This document shows, piece by piece, positions 21,787 to 30,693 of a stretch of DNA of 32,000 nucleotides. Source of the stretch: Kangiellaceae bacterium. Lineage in GTDB: Bacteria > Pseudomonadota > Gammaproteobacteria > Enterobacterales > Kangiellaceae. The notes beneath the pieces are model-generated. The model did no database searches and was not told the DNA's origin. It saw only the letters and a list, made by a program, of their open reading frames with translations. Within the stretch, counting starts at the first letter, position 1; each line of letters opens with the position of its first letter. The stretch lies in NCBI GenBank assembly GCA_016743995.1, contig JADGFG010000017.1, positions 1-32,000 on the forward strand, read 5' to 3'. The position numbers were made by a program, and so were the translations under genes.

Positions 21787-24700
21787 CTAACTCTCAGGGT
21801 CCTGCTTTGGTTGATGGGACGATTTCTTCTGCCTGCCAGGCTCGACTAATTTTGTCTGCCTGGAAATCAGCTCAAGCTTCTCATTAATATCCTGAATTTT
21901 CTGATGTGTTCCCAGGTCAAGGTCAAGCTTTCCATCCATTAGCCGGATCAACGGGTAAAAAGTTGTTTCAAAGACTTCCTTTATCTGGACCATTAACTGC
22001 TTACTCAGTTCCCCGGGCTCTTCATTATTTTGTAAATTATTATTCTGCTGTCCCCATTTATCAGCAAGATTTTCAATCGCCTCAACAATCAATGGCAGTG
22101 AATTTTTCTGGTCATTAACCGCTGACTTTACCGATTCCTTTTCATCAGCTACCAGCTGCCGACTGTCCCTCCAGCTACCAAGGGTAGACACCAGGTCATT
22201 TAACTGCCCTACAATCTGACGACCAGTATCCGCTTCATCGCCACCCATGGCTTTATTCCTGGTAAAATCCTTCTTAATTTCTTGCCAGCGTCGCTGTTTT
22301 TTCTCTGACAAGCAGCCTCTCATCTCGGCAAGCTTTAATAAATTGGCTTCTGCGCCGTTAGTTAAAAGCTGCGACTCTCCCTGATAATGGTCATCTACTA
22401 ACCGATTTAATTCTTCGTCTGTCATTATGGCCGAAACTTTTTCAGACATTTTATTCATGTTTCTATAGGAACCCTGCAACTTGAACGCGGGTTCAGTCCT
22501 ATACCGATCATCCTGTGCGCTAGATGCGATATACTGTTTGTTCACAGAAGATACCGTATGCTGAATAACTTTTAACTTCTGCAATATCGCCACAATTTCC
22601 TTTATTTCAGCGCCACTATACTGATGACTGAACTCTGTTGTAGCAACGGTTTTTCCCTCAGACATTTCAATGAATTTGTAAAAATCCTGCAAATCTCTGG
22701 TGGCTAACGGTGCCAGCACCTGATTAGACGTGAGAGAATTTTCCAGATAACTCAAGTCAAAAATTGCTTCCTTTCCACCCAGCACATCACCCAGATTATA
22801 AACATCGGCACGATTAGCTAGCATATCGGGAATTTGAAAAACTTCGCCGGTTTCTGTATACGGATTTCCAGCCATAACAACACAGAATTTTTTACCGCGC
22901 ATATCATAAGTTTTTGTACGCCCTTTCCAGATCCCCTCAATTCTACGAGTACCATCACATAGCGATATAAATTTTTGCAAAAACTCACTATTTGTATGCT
23001 GAATATCATCCAGATACAACATGACATTATTACCCATTTCAAGTGCCAGGTTCAGCTTTTCCAGCTCTTGTTTTGATGCACTATTATCTGCCTGCTGCGG
23101 GTCAACTGATGTGACAGAATGCCCAATAACAGGACAATTTATTTTCATAAAAATCAGTCCCAGCCGGTCCGCAACATATTCCATCAAGGTTGTTTTTCCG
23201 TAACCGGGTGGAGATATCATTAATAATAACCCCATTAAATCAGTTCGCTTTTTCGCACCAGCGGTTCCAATCTGTTTTGCCAGATTATCACCTATCAAAG
23301 ACAGATAAACTTCGTTAATCAGACGATTTCGTACAAATGAAGCCAATGGCTTTGCTTTAAACTCGCTAATTCTTAGCGTTTCTCGTTGTTCGCTGATAAA
23401 AAGCTGTCTGACTGACAGGTAGTTCTCAAAAGCTGGGACGACTTCTCTGGCATGGTATTGATTAGCTCGTAAAAATTCATCGAGCTGAACAATAAGGGCC
23501 TGACCTTTTAAACGCGAATGTTCTCCAATCAAACCTTCAATCTTTAACTGAATATCCACTTCCCTGTCAGTTCTGCTGATTCGTTGCTCTGAGTTTAAAA
23601 TACCAATTGCCTCACCAACAAAACTGATATATTCATTTTTATTTTGTGAATTGATGTAGGCCCTGATCCATTTTTCAGCAATGGACCATCGTTTTCCAAT
23701 CTGTCCCTTAATATCATCAAGAGATCGCTGATAATCACGCCAGACAACTTTTGACTCCAGATAAACTTTAAAATCTTCACATAATCGGCGAGCATATTTA
23801 GAAGTCGAAAAACTGATTATATCTTGCGATAACTCCTCTGATAAATATTCACTGGCACTGACTATAACGTGCTCTTTAATTTCCATCTTATTTTCAATAA
23901 CAAACTCAGACATATCCTGTCTGATTTCATCTGCTAAAAGTTTTTTTGCACTCGAATCAAAAAAGACCTCTGACATTTTCGCTGAAGTTTTTGCTCTAAG
24001 TTGCCAGAGTTCCTGGATATTACCCTGCTGACGATTAGCCCAGTAAACCGTTGCAAAACCTCTGGCCAGCGGAGAAAATTTAAATACGCCAGCCAGCTCA
24101 TAAACCGGTACCAGCTTTTTTAATATGAGCGCCGCATCATGGTCATGAATGCCTTTTTCATAACCTTCACGATATCTTGGCGCTGCATAATCAACAACTA
24201 ACCGATTAAGTAGTCGACTATCAGCAACAGCGTCTATCAATTGACGCCAGCTTAAACCGTCCTGATTACCTTGCGCCGCATTGATAATATTATAGGCCAG
24301 ATACTCTGAACGATAAATTGATGTGGACTCAGAAGGAAGCAACATATTCCAGTAGTCTTTATATTGCAAAAGCCGCTTATCGTTAACCGTTTCAGTATAA
24401 TCAGTACCCGACAATCGAATCGTTAACGCTTCATCTCTGGGCAGAATGGTCAGGTCAAGCTCTTGTCTGTTCACTGAAAATTTATGCCTTGGACCTAATT
24501 TAATGACCTGCCCATCATCTTCATAAAGATCACTTTTGTCTCTTAATGCTCTTAATGATTGTTCTTTAATTGCTTTTAAGCGTGCATCCAGATCTTCTGA
24601 CTTAACACTATCATCAAGTTCCTTCAGATGAACAATAATCTCACGAACTTTATTAATTAACGGGTCTGCCGCAAAGAAAGTATTCAGCTCATCTTGTTCG

Positions 24701-27114
24701 GAAAAACGTTTCACTCTTTTTTCAATACTTTGCAAAATTCGGCTGCCAGCATCATCCAGAGATTGTGCTTTCCTTTGTCTTGCCTCAATTAAAGATTGTT
24801 TATGCTCTTCAAAAGTTTCAAATATTTCTTCTCTTTTATTAATAATATCGCTGATAAAATCATCATAATCACTGAACTCACCTTCTAACTCATCCAACTG
24901 AACTAAAAGCCTTGAAACTTGTTCGTCACATTTATCAGGCGTAGCAGACAATCCCAACGCATTATGAATACTCTGATTAAGCAACTTTAACCTGGCAGAA
25001 AACTGAGCCGTTGCTTCGGATTTTCCCATGTTCTTTTTTTGATGTTCCAGTTTTGCACGCTGCTGATTTAACCTGGCATATAACTCAGACACCTCATCAA
25101 CAATCCTGGTTTGCAATGTCGCATCTTCAACTTTTAACATGGTCATCACTTCAGAGATTAAATCCATTCCCTGTGACATACTGGACAATGCTTCCAGATA
25201 CTGTTTTAAATCCAGGTTGGTTTTACATTGACTACTTTCAGATTCAACACGCTCCAGCTCTTTGTAGTAACTTTTTAACGCTGATTCAGAGGCCAGAAAT
25301 TCAACAGTTTTTTGATTAAGTAGTTCTTCTTCCTTCTGTATTTCCTGATCAAGCGTTTCAATTTCCGCTATATCGATATATCGATATTCCTTAATCGTTA
25401 ATAAATGACCTCGATGTTTTCTTATTCGGCTTAATGCATCAACAAATTCCTGGGGAGTATGCCAGCTATCAGGCTCAATCAAACGAATTATTTCTCGCTG
25501 AGTTGCTTTTGATTCTGTTAAAGCTTTTGAAGACTGATTACGAATGCTCTCAACTTTTTCGTATTCATCGATTACTGATTCAGCGGTCTGTGCAATTTTT
25601 TTAATCAGCTTTGAAGTATCACTCAGCTCGGTTGAATCCAGCCAGAAATAGCTATCAAAAATTTTCTCGCAGGATTGACTCAGTTGATGATAATGTTTTG
25701 CAGACACATCGTTTGTAGAAATATTTTTTGATATATCATAGAGTTCAGAAATTCCCCTCACCAGATCCGCATTACCAATTTTTCCATAAAAACTTTGTGA
25801 AGCTGGCTGTGAGCTTGCATACAGATCAGAAAAATAAGGGGTTTGCCATATTTGTATGGGGTGCACTCGAGCCGGCTCTTCATCAGCATAAAACAAAATC
25901 ATACGTCCATCTTCATAGAAACCAAAGCCATGGCCAAAAAGTGGGTTCTGTAATGTTTTTTCAATAATGTTATACGGATAGAAAGCAACAACATTTGTTT
26001 CTGGTTGATAAAACAGGTACAAAACATCTTCGCCATTGGGGGAACGCATTGTTCGTTTATAAACAAGTCCCTCCAGCTCATCATCAAAAGATTTATACTC
26101 GCCACTCGTCAGATAGTAGCCACCCGGAAAAATAATACCATGGCCTTCTGGCAATTGAACACAGGCATCGCCAATGGCATCAATTCTTACAACAGTTTCC
26201 GTCATACGATTGAAAATGAGATAGCGGTATTTTTCTTCCTGATAGGGTTTAATCTTTAACAAAACCAATTGTTCTAAATCAGCATAATAAAACTCCGCAT
26301 CATCAATCGACTGATTACTTTCCTCAACAGATTCGGAATAGATCCCTTTACCAACATTGGTATTATTTTCAATTTTAATGGTGATATCGCCACGTAACGT
26401 ATCAACAAAAAGTGTATCCAGTATATTAATATGAGGGTTTCGACCATCGATAACATCGTCGCGCTGACATTGAGTCCATTCAAAATCATGACTGGCCGGT
26501 AAACGAATATCTCTTTCTCCACGATTATCGATATAATCTATTCGCTTACCATCTGAGGAAACCTCCCAACGAAAAACTCTGATATCCGTCAGCTTTCTTC
26601 CTGTTTGAAAAGATGCCAGTAATCGGCCGTCTTTTAAAACCAACTGAGAAAGTGAAGTATCCTTATAATAAGCATAGAGCTCCTGAAAGTCCGTATGAAA
26701 ACGTGAATCGGACAGAAACGAGTCTTCTAACGCAACCGAATGCAATTCATATTGGCCTTCGCTTTCTTTCAACTGATAGAGTGATAAGACATCTGTCAGT
26801 TTCGTTTCTTTTTTCAGACCAATGTAAACATTGTAACCAAACAGAACATAATCGCCGACAATCACCAGATCCTGAGCCTGACAGTTATTTTCTGTTCGCA
26901 GACGCATTCTACCGAGAACTTCCATCTCGGTATTACCAAACTCCTGTCGTCGCGCTGTATTTAATTCACTAGTTAACTCATTCAGCAAACTGCCCTGTTC
27001 AGATAAACGCTGGCAGATAATTTCATAAGCACCGCCTTCAGCGACTGCTTTTTCCACAATTGAATTTTTTTCTGTCTGTTCTGTCACGTTAAAGTCCCTG
27101 AAGAAGATCGACAC
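21787..27114 (-). CDS. Giant (about 1775 aa) single-AAA+ protein: beta-rich N-terminal region, long helical/coiled-coil middle, MoxR/dynein-like (AAA_5-type) ATPase module, helical C-terminal tail
   Basis: Uninterrupted 5.3-kb ORF. Walker A MISPPGYGKTT is encoded at 23188-23220 (P-loop 23188-23214). Walker B VMLYLDDIQH is at 22996-23025. This is followed by FCVVMAGNPYTETGEVFQIPDMLANRADVYNLGD, a MoxR/midasin-like NP...G...P..L.NR block. I found no second P-loop. Residues about 60-450 are rich in short beta-like segments with aromatic/Gly turns. Residues about 450-1290 are E/K/Q/L-rich heptad-like sequence. The start is uncertain: the GTG at 27114 lacks an SD, while the in-frame GTG at 27087 is preceded by AGGGA. 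Confidence 0.8.
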   Translation of the reverse strand: MSIFFRDFNVTEQTEKNSIVEKAVAEGGAYEIICQRLSEQGSLLNELTSELNTARRQEFGNTEMEVLGRMRLRTENNCQAQDLVIVGDYVLFGYNVYIGLKKETKLTDVLSLYQLKESEGQYELHSVALEDSFLSDSRFHTDFQELYAYYKDTSLSQLVLKDGRLLASFQTGRKLTDIRVFRWEVSSDGKRIDYIDNRGERDIRLPASHDFEWTQCQRDDVIDGRNPHINILDTLFVDTLRGDITIKIENNTNVGKGIYSESVEESNQSIDDAEFYYADLEQLVLLKIKPYQEEKYRYLIFNRMTETVVRIDAIGDACVQLPEGHGIIFPGGYYLTSGEYKSFDDELEGLVYKRTMRSPNGEDVLYLFYQPETNVVAFYPYNIIEKTLQNPLFGHGFGFYEDGRMILFYADEEPARVHPIQIWQTPYFSDLYASSQPASQSFYGKIGNADLVRGISELYDISKNISTNDVSAKHYHQLSQSCEKIFDSYFWLDSTELSDTSKLIKKIAQTAESVIDEYEKVESIRNQSSKALTESKATQREIIRLIEPDSWHTPQEFVDALSRIRKHRGHLLTIKEYRYIDIAEIETLDQEIQKEEELLNQKTVEFLASESALKSYYKELERVESESSQCKTNLDLKQYLEALSSMSQGMDLISEVMTMLKVEDATLQTRIVDEVSELYARLNQQRAKLEHQKKNMGKSEATAQFSARLKLLNQSIHNALGLSATPDKCDEQVSRLLVQLDELEGEFSDYDDFISDIINKREEIFETFEEHKQSLIEARQRKAQSLDDAGSRILQSIEKRVKRFSEQDELNTFFAADPLINKVREIIVHLKELDDSVKSEDLDARLKAIKEQSLRALRDKSDLYEDDGQVIKLGPRHKFSVNRQELDLTILPRDEALTIRLSGTDYTETVNDKRLLQYKDYWNMLLPSESTSIYRSEYLAYNIINAAQGNQDGLSWRQLIDAVADSRLLNRLVVDYAAPRYREGYEKGIHDHDAALILKKLVPVYELAGVFKFSPLARGFATVYWANRQQGNIQELWQLRAKTSAKMSEVFFDSSAKKLLADEIRQDMSEFVIENKMEIKEHVIVSASEYLSEELSQDIISFSTSKYARRLCEDFKVYLESKVVWRDYQRSLDDIKGQIGKRWSIAEKWIRAYINSQNKNEYISFVGEAIGILNSEQRISRTDREVDIQLKIEGLIGEHSRLKGQALIVQLDEFLRANQYHAREVVPAFENYLSVRQLFISEQRETLRISEFKAKPLASFVRNRLINEVYLSLIGDNLAKQIGTAGAKKRTDLMGLLLMISPPGYGKTTLMEYVADRLGLIFMKINCPVIGHSVTSVDPQQADNSASKQELEKLNLALEMGNNVMLYLDDIQHTNSEFLQKFISLCDGTRRIEGIWKGRTKTYDMRGKKFCVVMAGNPYTETGEVFQIPDMLANRADVYNLGDVLGGKEAIFDLSYLENSLTSNQVLAPLATRDLQDFYKFIEMSEGKTVATTEFSHQYSGAEIKEIVAILQKLKVIQHTVSSVNKQYIASSAQDDRYRTEPAFKLQGSYRNMNKMSEKVSAIMTDEELNRLVDDHYQGESQLLTNGAEANLLKLAEMRGCLSEKKQRRWQEIKKDFTRNKAMGGDEADTGRQIVGQLNDLVSTLGSWRDSRQLVADEKESVKSAVNDQKNSLPLIVEAIENLADKWGQQNNNLQNNEEPGELSKQLMVQIKEVFETTFYPLIRLMDGKLDLDLGTHQKIQDINEKLELISRQTKLVEPGRQKKSSHQPKQDPES

Positions 27115-27182
27115 AAGATAAGCGGCACAATATTATTAACACAATATAATCCACATAACTTAAAGGCTGAATTAAACGAACA

Positions 27183-27226
27183 GATCAGCAAAATAGTCTC
27201 TTAAAATTTATTCTATTTCACTGATC
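27183..27226 (-). other. Imperfect 14-bp-arm hairpin between the flotillin and giant ATPase genes (possible partial terminator / RNA processing or stability element)
   Basis: gatcagcaaaatag (27183-27196) pairs with ctatttcactgatc (27213-27226). That is 12 of 14 pairs with a central 2x2 mismatch and a 16-nt AT-rich loop. It lies 19 nt downstream of the flotillin stop. Only a weak T-tract follows on the minus strand. Confidence 0.4.
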
Positions 27227-27244
27227 CGCAAACGAATAAGTACT

Positions 27245-29290
27245 TTATGCTTCGTCTTTATCGGCGTTAGAAATTGTTTTAGGCGCAGATTTATCTCCAC
27301 CCAACAGTTTCTCCATCAGCGCCTGAACAACCGGACTCTTTTCAATAAAACCACTGACCGCGTTTCCTGCCCCCATGCCTTTCGCCAGTTTATCGAAATA
27401 ATCTCCTTGTCCAGTGACAATATCAACATTCGCACTCTTAAGTGCTGAGGCAAGGACTTCCGCCTGATCACCAGATATTTCTTTATTCGCTTCTATAGAA
27501 GCAAGCACTTCTTTCAGGTTATATTCAAGGTTCAGTTTAAATTCTTCAAAACTACGGGATTCTTTATCCATATTATTCATTGCTGCAAATTTGTCGACTA
27601 ACGCATCCGCTTCAGCTTTACCTTTTTCTCGAAGAACCTCCGCTTCATTCACGCCTTTTTCTTTAATCGCTGTCGCCTCAGCAATACCTTGTTCTTGTGT
27701 TACATGCGCTTTGCTAAGACCAATTTCTTTTTCTGCGACCGCTTCAGCTCTTGCCATTTCTTCATTACCGCGCGCTTCAGCCGTCAATTTTTCTTCTAAG
27801 ACTTTTGCTTCGGCCAATCCTTCTTTTTCCAGGGATACCGCTTTAGCTTCTTGTACTCTTGCCTCAGCAATGCCTTCTTTTTCAAACGCGTCGGCTTTTG
27901 CTTCCATCACTCGGGCTTGTGCAATACCTTCTGCCGCATCAGTTGCCTGTTGACCTTCTGCAATTTTCTTATCTGCTTCTGCTTTTTTAGTCGCCGCTTC
28001 AAGATCTGCCTGAGCGAGTACGTTTATTTCACGAGCCCTGAATTGCGCTTTTTGTTCATCAGCTTCTGCACGTTTAACCGTTTGCACCAGCTCTTCCTGA
28101 GCTAAAGCTTCGGCCCCTAGAACAACCACCTGCTTCTTTCGATCAGCTTCTGAAACTTCCTTAACTTCCTTAATTCTCTCTTCTTCTTCAGCAACTTTCT
28201 TTTCTACCGCAATACGCTCACTGATCGTTTGTGCAATAATCTTCTTTTCTTCTTCAAGTGCTTTGTCTTTATCAATGATCGAAAGCTCAACTTCTCTTTC
28301 TCTGTTCACTTCTTCCATTTCTTTTGCGCGAATCACCCTTTCTTTTTCAATAACGACAGCGCGTTCTCTGTTTTGCTCTGCAATTTCAATCTGGCGTAAT
28401 TTGACCTGATCTCTAATCTCAAGTTGTTCTTCGGTTTCAATTCTTGCCTGTTCATATTTCAGCCTTTCTTCTTCCTGTACTTTTTTTGTTTCAGCTTCTT
28501 CTCTTGCCCTGACCGTCTCAATTTCTCTTTTCTGCTTTGATTCTGCATCTATCTGCTGTCTTTCCAGCGATAACATTGACTCGCGAGTTTCCACATTTTT
28601 CTTAGTGATCGCCAGAGACTCATCTTTTTCAAGACGATTAGTTTCAATATTTTGCGTCGCAGTAATTTCGGTTATTTTTCGAATACCAACAGAATCCAGA
28701 ATGTTAGTCGGGTCAAGTTGTGCTTTCGGTGTTTGTTCCAGATAATCAATGGCGACATCTTCCAGAATATAGCCATTCAAATCGTCTCCAATCACTTCAA
28801 TAATTTTTTCCCTGAACTGAATTCTGTTTTCAAAAAGATCCAGAAACAACATGTTTTTACCCACCGTTTTTAGTGCTTCTGAAAATTTTGCGTTAAACAG
28901 TTCGTTAACAGCAATTTTGTCAGATGCGCGGTCGACACCAATTGACTTGGCCACCCGGAGTACGTCATCACGGGTTTCATTCACTCTTAAATAAAATGCA
29001 ACGGTAATATCTGCCCGAAGGTTATCTTCACAGATAAGCCCATCATTTCCGCGACGATCAATTTCCAGTGTAATCAGAGAGATTTTCATCACTTCCATTT
29101 TATGAATGACCGGTATTACCATGCCGCCGGTAAAATGAACTTTGGGTTTGGCTGACATGTCATTAACAATGAGCGCATATCCCTGAGGTACCTTTTTATA
29201 GAAAGCGCTAAACATAAACGCGATCCCCATAATAATTACCAGTATAATTCCGCCAGTTGTAATTATTGGCATTAAAATTCCGCTATCCAT
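27245..29290 (-). CDS. yqiK: Flotillin-family SPFH/Band-7 protein (YqiK-like)
   Basis: 681 aa. The N-terminal TM helix is PIITTGGIILVIIMGIAFMFSAF. An SPFH-like region follows (VPQGYALIVN...GGMVIPVIHK...LRADITVAFYLRV), then a very long E/A/K/R-rich coiled coil with periodic repeats. This is the architecture of E. coli YqiK and bacterial flotillins. GGAG lies 9 nt upstream of the ATG. Confidence 0.88.
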   Translation of the reverse strand: MDSGILMPIITTGGIILVIIMGIAFMFSAFYKKVPQGYALIVNDMSAKPKVHFTGGMVIPVIHKMEVMKISLITLEIDRRGNDGLICEDNLRADITVAFYLRVNETRDDVLRVAKSIGVDRASDKIAVNELFNAKFSEALKTVGKNMLFLDLFENRIQFREKIIEVIGDDLNGYILEDVAIDYLEQTPKAQLDPTNILDSVGIRKITEITATQNIETNRLEKDESLAITKKNVETRESMLSLERQQIDAESKQKREIETVRAREEAETKKVQEEERLKYEQARIETEEQLEIRDQVKLRQIEIAEQNRERAVVIEKERVIRAKEMEEVNREREVELSIIDKDKALEEEKKIIAQTISERIAVEKKVAEEEERIKEVKEVSEADRKKQVVVLGAEALAQEELVQTVKRAEADEQKAQFRAREINVLAQADLEAATKKAEADKKIAEGQQATDAAEGIAQARVMEAKADAFEKEGIAEARVQEAKAVSLEKEGLAEAKVLEEKLTAEARGNEEMARAEAVAEKEIGLSKAHVTQEQGIAEATAIKEKGVNEAEVLREKGKAEADALVDKFAAMNNMDKESRSFEEFKLNLEYNLKEVLASIEANKEISGDQAEVLASALKSANVDIVTGQGDYFDKLAKGMGAGNAVSGFIEKSPVVQALMEKLLGGDKSAPKTISNADKDEA

Positions 29291-29447
29291 TTATCTGTGC
29301 TCCGGTTTATTAAAATTAATTTTGATTGGTCTTTCTTATTTTGTTTGAAGTTTAGTAATACGTCTTAATGCCTGTTTTATTCCTGCCAGAAACAGATTTT
29401 CCTGATTGCCAGGCTACTCTGGTGGCCTGATTACTCTAATTGCCCGG

Positions 29448-30098
29448 TTATTCCAGTTGCTGATTAAATTCTTTTTCACTGACAATCTGATAAGTCCTAT
29501 CAACCTGATGTTCAATAATCACCGCAGTATCTCCTGCCTTATAGGTATCATTTTTACCATGAGTTCTAACTTTAACAATAAGACTGGCACCATGATGCAA
29601 ACATTCAGCCTCTCCAAATGCTTTATCGACTCGACTGCTTCTGATTTTGCAGGTTCGGCCTATCAGCGATTTTGATACTGGTTCACGGTTGATCGTCTTA
29701 AAAAGACCTTTCGTTGGTTTAATCATGACCGCAGTCAGCGGGATCGCAATTAGAAAACTCACAATCGCAATGCCCAGCTCAATCGCCAGTTGCAATAAAG
29801 AAATAAGATCAGGGAACTCAGGAAGAAGTAAGCTCATAAAATAGCAGATAAGCCAGCTATTCAACACTAACAGGCTAATAACGAGGGTAACGGGGACGCC
29901 AGTGAGGCCCAGTGTGACTAATAATCCAACAATGCCGCCCAGCTGACTGACATCGGTATCCACGTCAATATCCAGGTCAAACATATCAAAGTCAAATAGT
30001 CCCAGCATAACCATAAACCAGTAACCCACCACAACAACCAGTGCGGTACTATAAATGGCAGTAGGAAAACTGCTAATATTCAGTAGAAAAGTATCCAT
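29448..30098 (-). CDS. yqiJ: YqiJ/NfeD-like inner-membrane protein (short NfeD form: TM helices plus C-terminal OB-fold-like domain, no protease domain)
   Basis: The track ORF starts at a TTG (30107). I prefer the ATG at 30098 (MDTFLLN...). The protein has multiple TM helices and an acidic loop (DFDMFDLDIDVDTD). Its C-terminus LIGRTCKIRSS.VDKAFGEAECLHHGASLIVKVRT....YKAGDTAVIIEH resembles the NfeD OB-fold. It sits immediately upstream of the flotillin gene, as in E. coli yqiJK. Confidence 0.7.
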   Translation of the reverse strand: MDTFLLNISSFPTAIYSTALVVVVGYWFMVMLGLFDFDMFDLDIDVDTDVSQLGGIVGLLVTLGLTGVPVTLVISLLVLNSWLICYFMSLLLPEFPDLISLLQLAIELGIAIVSFLIAIPLTAVMIKPTKGLFKTINREPVSKSLIGRTCKIRSSRVDKAFGEAECLHHGASLIVKVRTHGKNDTYKAGDTAVIIEHQVDRTYQIVSEKEFNQQLE

Positions 30099-30132
30099 TA
30101 TAAACAAGCCCTGTTATCTATTTTTCATTATT

Positions 30133-30693
30133 TTATTTCTTTGTTTTTCGTTGTCTTTTTCGCACAAGCAATCTGGCCGTAACGATACCAGAAGCAAAGC
30201 CAAAGATATGACCTTCAAAGCTTACCCAGGAACGAAAGTCCAGTAAACTGAAAGCTAATCCACCATAAAGAAAAACCGTCACCAGTGCCAGAATAATGTT
30301 CTTAATATTCCGGTTAAAATAAGCCCAGCCCAACAAAAAACCAAAATACCCCATGACAAGTCCAGAGGCACCCACATGAAAAGCGCTTCTGGCAAATATC
30401 CAGACCATTATTCCGGTCAACAACATAATGGCAAGCGTAGCTTCTTTGCCTTTATTGGTAGCACACACCAGAAAACCCAATACAATCAGAGGGATAGTGT
30501 TTGCAATCAAATGATAAAGACCACCATGCAAAAAATGCATCGTCACAACGCCGTAAAGATGACCAAGGTCTCTGGGTAATAAACCATATTGGTTGAGATT
30601 ATGGTTAAGCGCAATATTAATCAATTCTATTAACCAGATTAATACAACAAAAGCCAACAACAGCTTAAAGTCTTTAATGGATTGACTGTTCAA
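30133..30693 (-). CDS. Rhomboid-family intramembrane serine protease
   Basis: 186 aa with about 6 TM helices. It carries the TM2 HxxxN motif (YHLIAN), the catalytic GxSG (HVGASGLVMGY; Ser codon 30364-30366) and the TM6 His (EGHIFGFASG). It has a TTG start preceded by AAGGA, overlapping the upstream gene stop by 4 nt (TTGA). Confidence 0.85.
   Translation of the reverse strand: MNSQSIKDFKLLLAFVVLIWLIELINIALNHNLNQYGLLPRDLGHLYGVVTMHFLHGGLYHLIANTIPLIVLGFLVCATNKGKEATLAIMLLTGIMVWIFARSAFHVGASGLVMGYFGFLLGWAYFNRNIKNIILALVTVFLYGGLAFSLLDFRSWVSFEGHIFGFASGIVTARLLVRKRQRKTKK

Noticed and set aside
21787-27114. The giant ATPase considered as a phage-defence or DNA-repair/SMC-like effector
   Set aside because: I could read no nuclease, helicase, methylase, TIR, SIR2 or toxin-like motif. 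No mobile-element, integrase or defence-island neighbours are present. The flanking genes are all membrane-scaffold or protease genes. The coiled coil alone does not make it SMC-like, since it has a single internal P-loop of MoxR type rather than split ABC heads. This cannot be excluded without profile searches.
27591-28105. Plus-strand ORFs 27591-27953 (120 aa) and 27851-28105 (84 aa) opposite the flotillin gene
   Set aside because: They are artefacts of the GAA/GCN-rich repeat encoding the E/A/K coiled coil. The reverse frames give Ser/Ala/Phe/Cys-rich nonsense without stops.
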